From the NCBI GenBank assembly GCA_020137815.1, contig CM035350.1:868001-932000 (forward strand): a stretch of DNA of 64,000 nt, written 5' to 3'. This document shows, piece after piece, positions 34,768 through 46,938 of the stretch (position 1 is its first letter; every line of letters starts with the position of its first letter). This DNA comes from Hormiphora californensis (lineage: Eukaryota; Animalia; Ctenophora). Made by a program: the position numbers and the translations under genes. Under the pieces are notes generated by a model. It saw only the letters and a program-made list of their open reading frames with translations. It searched no databases and was not told the DNA's origin.

Positions 34768-35375
34768 ATGCAGCTTTTTGGAGGACTCGAGGGACGGATT
34801 GAGAAACTGGAGGCTGAGAATGCCCACCTTTTCAACGTTACCAACATCCTGGCTAAGAGGCTGGCTGAGCTTGAGAAGTCTCTAGATGGCCAGGCCCCTG
34901 CTGCCCCCACCAAGGCTGCTGCTGCTGCCCCTGCTGCCAAGAAGGTCGAGGAGAGCGATGATGATGATTTCAAATTCTCTGATGACGAGGATGAGAAACC
35001 AGCCGCCCCCAAGGAGACCGAGATGCAGAAAATGAAGCGCCTCGCGGCCGAGAAGAAAGCTGCAGCTGAGGCTGACAAGAAGGCCAAGGACAAGAAGAAG
35101 CCCGTCCTGAAGTCCAACGTTATCCTAGGATGTGAAGCCCTGGGACGATGAGACCGACATGAAGGAGCTGGAGAAGGCCGTGCGAGGTGTTGAAATGGAG
35201 GGACTCGTTTGGGGTAGCTCTAAACTCGTTGAGATCGGATTTGGAATCAAGAAGCTGCAGATCAGTACCTGTATTGTGGATGATTTGGTTGGTCCTCTAC
35301 GATCTGGAGGACAACATCAGCGCCCTGGAAGACTTCGTCCAGTCTGTCGATATTGCATCTCACAACAAGATCTAA
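34768..35375 (+). CDS. Second EF1-delta-like unit: different leucine zipper joined to a near-identical acidic/GEF domain
   Basis: [21 protein letters not shown]..., then near-identical to about 34046-34519; two apparent frameshifts. Confidence 0.75.
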
Positions 35376-35625
35376 ATGTACAATGTCCTAGGCTGCTCTC
35401 TTTTTACTTGATCTTATTTATTTTGTGGTGTTCTTACTCAAACTAATGACCTGCCTTTTTAATCTGAATCCCCCATTACAGTTCCCCCTGAATCATGCGA
35501 TGATAAATCCATGTTATCTAACCCTCCTCCCCCTCCTCTAACCCTCCAATTACAATCCCCCTTGATAAAATACCTTGTAATCTAACCCTCCTCTAACTAA
35601 CCCTCCTCTCACCAGCCCCTAGCTC

Positions 35626-36420
35626 ATGTCCATATGGTTGCATCTCTCTCAGGGTTTACTACAATACACATCAAATGAGGATGAGATACGTCTAACACTG
35701 ATCAGAAACAATGGCCTGACCTCAGAGTGTATCCAAGGTGTAGAGGAGCTGGCTAGTGTTAACAAGGGCTTCAACCCCCGTTACTCCTTTACAAACACCT
35801 ACATCAGGAACTTACTAAACCTTGGCATGAAGCCAGATAATCTCTCTATAGCGGGTAGTACAATACACTTGACCACTACCCTACCCAACCTGAAATCTAG
35901 TGCCGTCTTTACCTGGGAGTTTGATATGAAGGAGTGTTATAATGTCATGGAGTCTGTATACAACCCCATTATTGCTACCTCTATGTTGCTGTTAGACCAG
36001 CGGGCTGTCATGGCAACACTTCTTAGGAAGAAGGACAAGGAGATAGAGGAATACAAATCTCTAGGACTAACTCTCTCCAAGAAATCAAAACTATCCGAAC
36101 CATTCGATCAGGATAAGGTACTGAGTGGGGTTAAACAGACAAAGCGGTCCCTGTCTGATATGCTGGGCAGTGAGGGCTTCATGGAGGCGTATGATACCGT
36201 TAGTACTAGTGGAGGGGTTGGAGGTGTTAAGGTAGAGAGAGTCAAGAAGGAGCAGGTTACCATGGGGATTGTGTTTGAGGATTCATTCTCCCAACCTGAC
36301 CCAACTTCTCTCACACCTGAACCTGTCCTGAAACCTGATCCAGTGTCACCTGATCCAGCACCTGTAGAACCTGTTAAAAAGGAGGAGGAGAGAAGGAGCA
36401 AGAAAACACGCCGGCTATGA
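35626..36420 (+). CDS. NHEJ1: XLF/Cernunnos non-homologous end-joining factor
   Basis: FTWEF..YNPIIATSMLL..MATLLRKKDKEIEEYKSLGLTL..SEPFD resembles XLF; basic C-terminus KKTRRL resembles a Ku-binding motif. Confidence 0.75.
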   Translation: MSIWLHLSQGLLQYTSNEDEIRLTLIRNNGLTSECIQGVEELASVNKGFNPRYSFTNTYIRNLLNLGMKPDNLSIAGSTIHLTTTLPNLKSSAVFTWEFDMKECYNVMESVYNPIIATSMLLLDQRAVMATLLRKKDKEIEEYKSLGLTLSKKSKLSEPFDQDKVLSGVKQTKRSLSDMLGSEGFMEAYDTVSTSGGVGGVKVERVKKEQVTMGIVFEDSFSQPDPTSLTPEPVLKPDPVSPDPAPVEPVKKEEERRSKKTRRL

Positions 36421-37147
36421 AATCACCCAGAACAGGTAACTGCACCACGAGTGATCCCTCTATTTATTGGCAAGACAACAGGTAGTGGGGCACATGAGAG
36501 TTCCCGTGCCCCACTGTAGATGTCGTGCTACACTAGACCCCAGGTTATAGCCAATGTGGGATGCTGGTACATGCTCCCACTGACCGAGATTTCCAACAAA
36601 CACTTCCTGATACTACTAAATATTGTGTGCTGCAGTAACCAGTAACATGATTCTAAACTATTATCCAATGTTTCAGAAGATTTCCAAGATGTTGATCAGA
36701 TTGTCCGCGAACACAGGATATATTCCAACCCACTAGCCCCCAGGTAAATCACAAGACTCACTACTATACTACACTACTACACAGCTGTGAAGATACCCAA
36801 CCTCTAACTGTGGATCTGTGTGTTGTGCAATATTGCACCACCAGTCACTGAGGATCTGAGCTGTTGATAACATGATGACAAACCAAGACACATCTAGAAA
36901 TGCACCAAATATAATTTGTGTTGCATTGTGAGAGTTAGTTTTCAAGCTGAATACCCTTCTAATATCTCTCTCTATGGTAACTATGGTAACACACGAGGTT
37001 ATCTTCTAGTTACCATGGTAACAACTCAGGGATATACAGTAAGAGATGAATATTCATATCCAAATGTAATATACCTCCACTAACTATGTTTCATCCTCTC
37101 CTAGGTCAGTGCCCTGGTTGTGGTCCTCAGCGCCTACTACATTCTAG
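36417..37147 (+). CDS. Possible small spliced gene of unknown function
   Basis: Candidate exons EDFQDVDQIVREHRIYSNPLAPR (AG...GTAAAT, about 36677-36743) and SVPWLWSSAPTTF* (about 37105-37147). The 5' part is unresolved. Confidence 0.3.
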
Positions 37148-37375
37148 AAATCTCCTACATGTTGAGTGCGGAGCTGCTTGTCAAGTTGTACAAACCATGG
37201 ACTGTTTTATTTTTCTATTTGTTCAGAGCAATTTGTAATATTTTGTGTACCATAGACACGTTTTAATATTCCTGTTATATCCCAAACTTGCTTGTTTCAT
37301 CTTCTTTTAACACTCTAAATCCTCCAATACTACCAGAGCTGTGTGACTAACCCCTGCTCCTGACCTCCATCCCAG

Positions 37376-40300
37376 ATGTCGTCCCTATTGGAGCCTGGTG
37401 AGGCATGTCCCCTGATACACATGACCAACCTGAGGGTGTTTACCCCCACCTCGGACAGGATGGGACGGAACACTGGTATCATCTGTACTATCGGACCCGT
37501 CACTAGAGAGGTGAGAGTGCTTTATCTGGTTATCAGGGATTACACTGTCAAATCATTGCTTGTTTCTTTATTACCTGGTCAGTTTTCACTGCCATCCCAC
37601 CAGGAAACGACCGAACCGGGTTTTTTTTCCACCGAACCGAACCGAACCGAATTTGAAAAACTTTTTTACCGAACCGAACCGAACCGAACCGAACCGAATT
37701 TCGGTAACCGAACCGAACCGAACCATACAAAACTTTTTCTGTATAAATGTTTCTCTAAAAAGTCATGGAGATCACCAATCAAGGTATTGAGAATCATTCT
37801 CTGAAATTTTGTTAAAAAATGTTTGAAAAAATTTCAAAGTCAATTTTGTGAAAAAATTTTCAAAGTCAATTTTATCGTAAATTTTCTATGTCAGTTTTTG
37901 CGTACGAATCGTGTTTCGAATCGGCAATGCTATACGGGAATGGTATTGCTAATTAGCAGGATTAAACGAACCATGAATCGTGTCTCTCTAAATTTCCTAA
38001 TTAGATTTGATGGGGGATCACGTATCAGCACAATCCATCTCGGACCCACTAATTACCAACATCACTCCCGTTTAGCATTGTCGATTAGAAACACGATTCG
38101 TATACCATAATTTACTTCAAATATTTTTTCCCTGCCCGGGTGAATGCCGAAGGCATTCACCCGGATGCCTTTTTACTTTGTAAAAAGGCATAGCAGGGTT
38201 AGAATTCGAAAACGACATTTTGGTATACTAACTAATCGGTAGAGGGACATTTTTTGGTCACACTTTCGTTGCGAGGGCAACGGTGTAGCAACTAGAGCCG
38301 CGCACACAGTGACGAGCTACTCCTTCATCAAACACCTCATTGGCACAGTTTGATGGACGTGTGTGCGCGCGCCACTCAACAAAACATGAAATGCTCTGCC
38401 GCGCGTTTCGCGTGTTACATACACATTTTCATCTTGCGAGTCGAGTATGAGATGTTAGATAAGGAATGTCAAAAGCTGGTTAGCAAGTGTCATGTGATTG
38501 GGAGTTAGCTAACTCTAAGCTATGTGAGAAGTATACTGACAATTAAAGAGAAACAACGATTTTGCAGTACTAATATTCAATTAAGAACAGGAGCTTTCGA
38601 CTGATCTATGTCAGACGTCTTCAGCTATAACAACAATGAAAATGAAAGTGTTTATGTAGTGGAGAAGAGGATATGGGATCCGGGGAGGGGAGGAGAGAGG
38701 AAGGGATGAGATCCGAGAAGGAAGATGCGATCCGAGAGGAGGGGATGGGGGAGGTGATCCACGGGAAGGGAGAAGAGGTGATCCGAGCTGAAGAGAATTA
38801 GGAAACAGGTTTGGGAGATCTAGGTTTGATGGAGATGCCAGCAGGTCGGGGTTTGAAGGAGTTAGCAATCCTGGGGAGAAGGTGAGTCCATTGGAGGTTG
38901 ACAGTAGGAACTTTATCTGTTCGGTTAATCGCCGGTTGAAGAGTGTGAATAGCAGCTTGTTCCAGTAGATTTAGACTGAGGCAGGAGGAAGAAGAGGAGA
39001 GGATAGATGTAGAATTCCAGTCCATGGTGTGTCCAAATTCCCGAGCGTGGATAGCAGGAGCAGATTTCATCTTCCCATCGGTGTTGTAGAGAGAGTTGTT
39101 GTAGAAGTTTGATTCGTGCTCCTTAATCCGAGTTTTAACTGGTCGCTTGGTCTGGCCAACGTAGAAAGATGAGCAGTCGCGGCAGGGAATGGAGTAGATG
39201 GAGTTGGGAGTACTATCAGAAGGAGGCGAAGATTTGGTCTGGGTGAGGATGTTCCGTAGGGTAGAAGAGGAAGAGAAGGTGACGTCTATGTTGTAGCGGG
39301 TGAGGGTCCGTTTGAGTCGAGAGGAGAGGTCCGGGTGATAGGGTAGGACTACACGATGGACGAAGGAAGAAGGAGGACGAGATTTTGATGGTTTGGGGTG
39401 TAGAAGGCGGTCCCGAACAGTAGACATCAGAGTGGAGATCTCGTAGGGAGGAAATCCATTGCAGAGACAGATGTTGTAGACTGTGTCGAGTTCCTCTTCG
39501 AGATGTTGGGGAGAACAGATGTTGTAGGCCCGACGGGTTAAGGATTGGATAACAGAGCGGCGTGTAGAGGCAGGAGTAGAGGAGTTGTACTTGAGATAGA
39601 GGTTGGTATGTGTAGGTTTCCGGTAGACAGAGGTAGAGAGGTCGGGATGGAGAAGGACGTCAAGATAGGGGAGAAGTCCATCCTTAGGGTGCTCGATGGT
39701 GTACTTGAGATCTGGAGCAAGGGAGTTGATGTAGGAGAAGAAAGACTCGGCGTGATCGTAATCCCTGGCAGCTCCTATGGCGTCGTCAACGAAGTGGTTC
39801 CAAGATCCCAGTGGGTCGGAGAAGGACTTGAGAGCGTGTTGTTCCTGTTCCGTAACACGAATCTCAGCCAGGATGACGGTGAGGGGAGAACCCATCGCTC
39901 CTCCGTATGCATCTCACATGCATCTCACATTACATTATGACCAAGCCTTGATCCTGTTGGCAGTGACAATGTCACTGACATGTGAAACGGTAGGGCAGGG
40001 AAACACAGCATTATGAATACATAATGCAATAATTCTTGTTCACAAAAAAAATTTCACAAAATTTCAGGTAATGATTCTCAATACCTTGATCGATGCTCTC
40101 CATGAATTTTTAGAGAAACATTTAATTTTGTGAAAAAACTTTGTAAAATATTTCAAAGTCAATTTCGGAAAAAAATTCTATGTCAATTTTGCCGTACGAA
40201 TCGTGTTGCGAATCGGTGATGCTATGCGGCAGTGCTCTCGCTAATTAGCAGGATTTATTGAAACATGAATCGTTTCCCCTAAACTTCCTAATTAGATTTG

Positions 40301-43300
40301 ATGGAGGATCACGTATCAGCATAATCCATCTCGGACCCACTAATTAGCAACATCACTCCCGCTTAGCAATACCGATTCGAAACACGATTCGTACGCAAAA
40401 ATTGACATAGAAAATTTTCCATAAAATTGACTCTGAAATATTTTCCAAACTTTTTTACAAAATTTCAGAGAATGATTCTTAACACCTTGATCGGTGCTCT
40501 CCATGAATTTTTTGAAAAATAAAGTTTCTGAATTTGTTGACCCTCTCATGAGGACACGATTCGACGGGAAGTCAGGTATCAAATCAATCCATATCGAACC
40601 CGCTAACTAGCGAAATCATTTCCACATAGCACCACCGATTCGAAATAGGGTTAATACGGCGAAATTTACATTGAAATCCATACAATTTTCGTGAAATAAT
40701 TGAAAAATTTTGCATGAAAAAGCCCGATTTCTGGGCATTTTGACCAAAAAATTCGGTGGTTCGGCCAAAATTTCCTACCGAACCGAACCGAACCGAACCG
40801 CCCAAAAACACCGAATTTCCGAACCGAAACCGAACCGAACCGAATATTCGGTCGCTTCCTGCATCCCATCCCAAACTTGCTTGTTTCATCTTCTTTTAAC
40901 ACTCTAAATCCTCCAATACTACCAGAGCTGTGTGACTAACCCCGCTCCTGACCTCCATCCCAGATGTCGTCCCTATTGGAGCCTGGTGAGGCATGTCCCC
41001 TGATACACATGACCAACCTGAGGGTGTTTACCCCGACCTCGGACAGAATGGGACGGAACACTGGTATCATCTGTACCATCGGACCCGTCACTAGAGAGGT
41101 GAGAGTGCTTTATCTGGTAATGTGATAGATTACACTGCCAATCATTGCTTGTTACATTACCTCGTCAGCTTTCACTGTCATTTCACACCTCCTAACATGC
41201 TGCCCCCTTCCCTCCAGGTACCAGCACTAGTTGACCTCATCAACACCGGTATGAACATTGCCCGAATGAACTTCTCTCATGGCAGCCATGACTACCACGC
41301 CCAGACAATGGCCAATGTGCGGGAAGCTGAGAAACAGGCCCGTCCCTTTGGGAACAAGAGACCTGTTGCAATTGCCCTTGATACTAAGGGCCCTGAGATT
41401 AGGACAGGGAACTTGAAGGGTGCGGGTGAGGGGTATAGTGAGGTGAAGTTGGAGGCAGGGAAACTAATCACTGTTAGCACCAACAAGGCTCACTATGCAG
41501 AGTGTTCTGCAGAGCTACTGTATGTGGATTACGCTAACATCGTCAACGTCATGGAGGTTAGTACTGATCACATAGTTTAGTAGCTTTCGCAGCTGGTAGG
41601 AAGATGTCCTAGCGATCTAGACACAGTTAAAAGCGCCCTACGAGCAGTCATGGAGAAGGGTTATTATAATGGGACACATTGCATGTTCAGAGTGTAGTTC
41701 TATTGACCACCACCACTACCCCAGGTAGGGCAGCTGATCTTTGTGGATGATGGTCTAATGTCACTCCGAGTCAAAGAGAAGAAGGACGGGGAGACCATGA
41801 TATGTGAGATAATGAACGGAGGTGCCCTGGGATCTCACAAGGGTGTGAATCTCCCTGATTCCAAAGTTGATCTACCTGCACTCAGTGAGAGGGATATTGG
41901 GGATCTAAAGTTTGGTCTGACTCAGAACATCGAGATGATCTTTGCTTCTTTCATCAGGTTAGCAACCTATATATCATTAATTGCAATGTTTAATGTTCAG
42001 GCTGCCTGATGACGTAATATTTTCAATTTTGTGATGACATGGCACAATAATATTTCTATAAATCCACTTTTCTCCCCAGGAAAGCAGCAGATATTGTAGC
42101 CATCAAGGAGGTGCTTGGAGAGGCTGCCTCCCGTATCAAGATTATCAGTAAAATAGAGAACAAGGAGGGTATTGTCAACATCGATGAGATCATCATGATA
42201 TCAGATGGTATCATGGTTGCTAGGGGTGATATGGGTATTGAGATACCTCCTGAGAAGGTGTTCCTCGCTCAGAAGATGATCATCTCCAAGTGCAACCTGG
42301 CTGGGAAACCTGTTATCTGTGCTACACAGATGTTAGAGAGCATGACTGTTAACCCTCGTCCAACCAGGGCAGAGGCCAGTGATGTCGCTAATGCAGTTCT
42401 TGATGGAGCTGATTGTGTGATGTTGTCTGGAGAAACTGCAAAGGGGAAATACCCACTAGAGTGAGTTACATTTCAATTGTCATACAGTGCAGGCTGCAGC
42501 CTCTTCGGCCCGGTTCGGAGGGGGTAGTCTTGTGAGACAACATAGCAAGTAAAAAGTAAACATTTCCAATGCTAAGAACGAGTCCTGTAACAACCCCATT
42601 TCCCCAGGGCTGTGAGTATCATGAACAGTATCTGTAGGGAGGCTGAGGTAGCGTGGTTTCACAGTCAATACTTCTATGATATCAGACGGTATGGCAACAC
42701 TGGTCTTGGTGCTCTAAACCCCTCAACTGGACCCAACAAGGTTAGCTCAACTCTCCAGTGCATTGTACAATCAGGTTTTAACTCCCTCCCCCAGACTTCG
42801 AAATATCAGTATTGCTAACCTCCCTCAGCCCTCTCTCCCCTTGCCTCAGTTGATCGCGGAGTCGACCTGTATTGCAGCGGTGGATGCCAGTTTCGCTATG
42901 AACTGTTCCTGTATTGTAGTCCTCTCAACTACAGGGGCAACTGCAGCCCTCATGTCCAGATACAGGCCCCTCGCCCCCATAATAGTGGTAACTAGGGATG
43001 AGAGGGTTGCTAGGCAGCTTCATCTCTTCAGGGGATGCTTCCCTCTCTACTACCCAGAACCAAAGAGCCCTGAGATCAGTTGGATGGAGGATGTAGATGC
43101 GAGGATCAACATGGCTGTCAAGGTAGGAGACATGTGTAATAGCTCTTATTATCCCATCCTACCCGTCATAAATTCTCCCTACATTATCATTGTTATTCCT
43201 TCTTAGCCACTACCCCTCCCTAACACCCACTATTTCTCTCCCACCAGGCGGCTGGTAATATGGGAGCACTGGTAAAGGACTCCAAGATTGTCACGGTGAC

Positions 43301-43394
43301 AGGGTGGAAGACTGGTGCTGGCTCTACCAACACTGTCCGAACCCTAACTGTGGATGAAAAGGGAGAGATCGTCACCAAATACTACCAGAAATAG
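37376..43394 (+). CDS. PK: Pyruvate kinase; exon 1 is present twice (ATG at 37376 and 40964)
   Basis: [82 protein letters not shown]. Confidence 0.97.
38300..39900 (-). mobile_element. 5'-truncated Penelope-like element (RT C-terminal half plus GIY-YIG; ORF 39895-38798); 3' boundary approximate
   Basis: [48 protein letters not shown]. Confidence 0.9.
38586..38629 (-). ncRNA. Minimal type I hammerhead ribozyme in the Penelope pseudo-LTR
   Basis: Minus strand ATAG-CTGAAGA-C-GTCTGA[CATAGA]TCAGTC-GAAA-GC-TC-CTGT: conserved core, stem II, palindromic AGCT in place of stem III, 4-bp stem I. Confidence 0.7.
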
Positions 43395-43692
43395 ACACCC
43401 CCTGTCTGAACCAGCCCGGACCCTTGTTTTGAAAGTAAAAACAGACTTGTAAACTGTTCATATTTTGATGCATTAGTATTTCCTACATACTGTAGAATGC
43501 ATGACCTTTTTCCTGTTTATTAAGGAAGTCTAATATATTTATTTTTCGGCGATTTAGATTCTTATGAAATCCTTTGATTTTTTTTGTTGTACCATGTACA
43601 TAATTTATTTGTTGTCCTGTGTTATAAAATGATATTGTTTCTTTCCTCTACCATCCCTCTAAATAACACCCCCACTCCCTCTCTCTAGCTCC

Positions 43693-44631
43693 ATGTCCAA
43701 CACTAGAGAAACAGAGTTCCTGAGACTACAAGAGGAGAGGTTAACAGCTCTAGAGAAGAAGAAGGCAGACAGAAAGGACGCCAACCACTCCTACGATCTG
43801 ATAGTAGCATTCCAGGAGAAGTTCAACACTCTAAAAGCAGCTATAGATGCAGATCTGGGCAGCTTGCCAGGACTTGGTAGTGATGTGGATAAGAGGGAGA
43901 GGTTGAGTGGGGTACAGGTCCAGGCTGGTGAGCTACAGACTCTACTAAATGAGTCGATGACCTTCCTTACTGCACACTGAGATAAGAAGGGGTCAGGATG
44001 GGGTCACATGCAGTACATGATGCTATAGCCAGGGCTCAACAAGAGTGTCTACCAAGAAGAAGTTTGCATTTGGAGGAGGCAAGAAGAAGAAGACCACTGC
44101 ACCACCTCCACCAGCCCCTGTAGTAGTGGCCGCTGTAGAGGGGGACAGGTTCGCTAAGTATAGTGGGGATGTAGTGGTAACTGATAGGACTAGTGAGACT
44201 CTACACATATCACGTGACCAGACTACTGGTAAGGATGTATTGCTGAGGAACCTATCATCTTGTACAGTCCATATACCTGGTGTATTAGGTACACTACACT
44301 GTACCTAACTGCACTGACTGTACCTTTATTATTGGTGTTATTAGTGGGTCCCTGTTTCTAGAGAGATGTTCCAATTCTACATTCACTGTCACATGTCAAC
44401 AGGCCCGTATCCATACTACACATGACGCTACCTTCCATATCCATGTCACCAGCAAGGCTATAATAGAGGACTGTAAGGGGTTGAGGTTTGGAGAGAGAAA
44501 GGAAGGGAGGGTATGAGGGGTATCTAGAGGACTTGAAGTCGTCAGGTCTGGGGGACAATAACAACTGGAGTGATGTTGATGATTTTAATTGGCTGAACAA
44601 GGAACAATCACCTAACTGGACTACAATTTGA
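43693..44631 (+). CDS. TBCC: Tubulin-specific chaperone C (several single-base insertions)
   Basis: KKKFAF, GKDVLLRNLSSCTVHIPGVLGTLH, GSLFLERC, CQQARIH, HVTSKAIIEDC, NNWSDVDDFNWL..SPNW. Confidence 0.9.
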
Positions 44632-44976
44632 TAGATCATGTGTTTTTGTATTTGTGTAACCGAGATTTGTACAGTGTGTCTTTGTATATCAACCCCCCTT
44701 TTTTCATTTATGCAGTGTAAGGAATTATATGCCAGCGTGTATGATTTTACTTAATCAGGGGTTCCTACGGGGCAATGTATGCTTGCCACCTAGATAACGG
44801 GACAATTCTGCAACATTACCTTCACGACTAGCAGAGAATGTGTTGCGCGCTGGTGCAAGAGCGCAATTTCAACACGCCCATGGACGTACTGCGTGTACCG
44901 GTGGAGGTCTGCGGGTCCTTCCAGAACCACCTGTCACTTCTTGCATGTTGGTTTGTAACTCCCTTCCCTTTTAGCA

Positions 44977-46735
44977 ATGTTAACAGTATGATATGGGTAT
45001 TGGATCATGTCCTATCTGTACGGAGCCCCTGAAGGATGGAGTAGTGGCAACTAAATGTGGCCATGTATTCCACGAACTATGTGTCGCTACCTGGCTAGCT
45101 AATAACAGACAGTGTCCAACATGCCGAGCTACTGCCTCTACCTAGGTCCCTTCTCAAGCTGTTCCTGGCCTCTAATGACGACTCAATGGTAGTGCACATC
45201 CCAGAGGATGATGGCAGAGGGTCTCAAGATAAAGGGGTCGAGTTAGAGAAATGCAGGAAGGTGATCACCAAACTGAAGAACAGGGAGGAAGATATGAAGG
45301 CCACTATATCAGTATTAAAGGGTGAGGCTGAGGAGAACAGCAAAGCAGCTGATGCTCTAACACAGAACTACTCCTTGGTACAACACAACTTAAAGAAGGC
45401 TAAGACTACCATCAGCAACCTCAATATGAAGATGAAGTACATGAGTGCAGATGTGGAGGAGAGAAAGAAGTTGGAGGAGAGGTGTGTGAGGTTAGAGAGA
45501 GAGGTGAAGGGGTTGAAGGGACTACAGGTTATACTGGAGGGGAGTGCTGAGGATGTAGAAGATCTGGTGAGGACTACAGGAGATGCAGAGTCACTAGCTC
45601 TATACGTTAATGGTACATTCATGTGTGTAGTTGTCATTGGCATACTAGGATCATTAGCATTGTGTAAATTGTGATACTCTTTGTGTGCCCTATAAACCAA
45701 ATAACCTTCTTCAAAACACACACACACTGTTAATGTAATGTTCATTTCGTGATCTTTCCCTCTTCTTCCCCGGACTACCCCTTTTAACGCCCTTCTATCA
45801 TCCCCAGGACTAAAGCGAGACTACGCCAAGTTGCAGAGAGCCAAGGCAGAGGAACAAGCCCAAACAGAGGCACTACAGAGAAAGTTGAGTTATTCCCGAC
45901 TGACTGTCACTAAGATTCAGCAGGAATTGTCGGAGTTGAAGAGAGAGAAAGCCATGGTGGAGGGAGATCTGTCCCTCGCAGAAAGGAGGAATGAGTCACT
46001 CTGCAAGAAAATAGGAGCTTACGAGGATAAATCTGTTTGTGAAAACTCTAACCTTCTCAATGGTAATTACTCAACCCCCCCCCCCTCCTTTCAGACTCTT
46101 CGTCCCCTCTAACCTTTGTCCTCTCTAGAATTTATTTATATAATTTGCCCCTTTTTCACATTTTCTAACCCTCTAGTGACGAAGCCAGGTTCGCGTAAGT
46201 CCTTTGAGACCCCTGTACATTTAAACAAGAGACAGAGGAAAGAACATTCCACACCAATGGATGCAGATGACAGCTTCTCTTCCATTACACGTTAGTTCCC
46301 CACCACTCATCATAGCCTTAGTTAACTGTTATTTTGTCACCAGTATAATTATACTTCTTTCTCTCCCTAGGTTCGCTAGAGAATGAGTTAATCAGGTTCA
46401 CTTACCTTTGTTCCCCCATGTAATAATTTCACTACTTATTAGGTTCGCTAGAGAATGAGTTATCTCGAGACGATGAGTTGGATCGGATAGCAGCAGAACT
46501 AGGGGTAGATATCGACCTAGCCAACTCACCCAAAACAACCCTGCCCTCATCATCTTCACAGCAACACAGACCCAAGGACAATTTGTTTTCCCGAGAGGGA
46601 TTTGATGGGTTTGGGGGCCGGGGTAAGGTACCAAAACCACCACCTGCCTCACGGTCAATGTTTGCTAAACAGACTAACAAACAGAGCACATTGGCAAAGA
46701 AGGTGACTCTCAATAATATGTTCAGAAAGTATTGA
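44977..46735 (+). CDS. TRAIP: RING-H2 E3 ligase, TRAIP-like
   Basis: CPIC..CGHVFHELC..W..CPTCR, long coiled coil, LALYVNGLKRDY, C-terminal GFDGFGGRGK. Confidence 0.85.
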
Positions 46736-46938
46736 CATTTCTATTTTAAGCCCTGTTTTTTATCCTTGTTATCATTTTGTTATCTGTGTATTATATTGCG
46801 ATTGAATTTTATCCCACGCGGCTAGTCTACAATATTTATCGTGTATTATTCCAATCCTTACATCCCAATACCCATCTGTAACTACATCCCAATACCCGAT
46901 TCCCCTCTTCTAACACCCCTCTCTCAATATAGCAAGTC

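Larger units (their letters stand above)
38124..40040 (+). mobile_element. HINE-like element with the same termini as 3383-3967, interrupted by a Penelope-like element
   Basis: TTTTTCCCTGCCCGGGTGAATGCC at the 5' end; GGCAGGGAAACAC..GCATTATGAATACATAATGCAATAATTCTTGTT at the 3' end. Confidence 0.7.
37601..40861. mobile_element. hAT-like non-autonomous element with (ACCGA)n subterminal repeats, hosting nested elements
   Basis: TIRs CAGGAAACGACCGAA / TTCGGTCGCTTCCTG; flanks CATCCCAC and CATCCCAT (7/8 match). Confidence 0.8.

Noticed and set aside
33590-45150. Pseudogenisation or programmed frameshifting in EF1D, TBCC and TRAIP
   Set aside because: Scattered single-base insertions (e.g. CCTAGG for CCTGG/CCAGG, ACCTAAC for ACCAAC) in otherwise conserved essential genes are best explained as consensus errors. 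Short-read polishing would decide.
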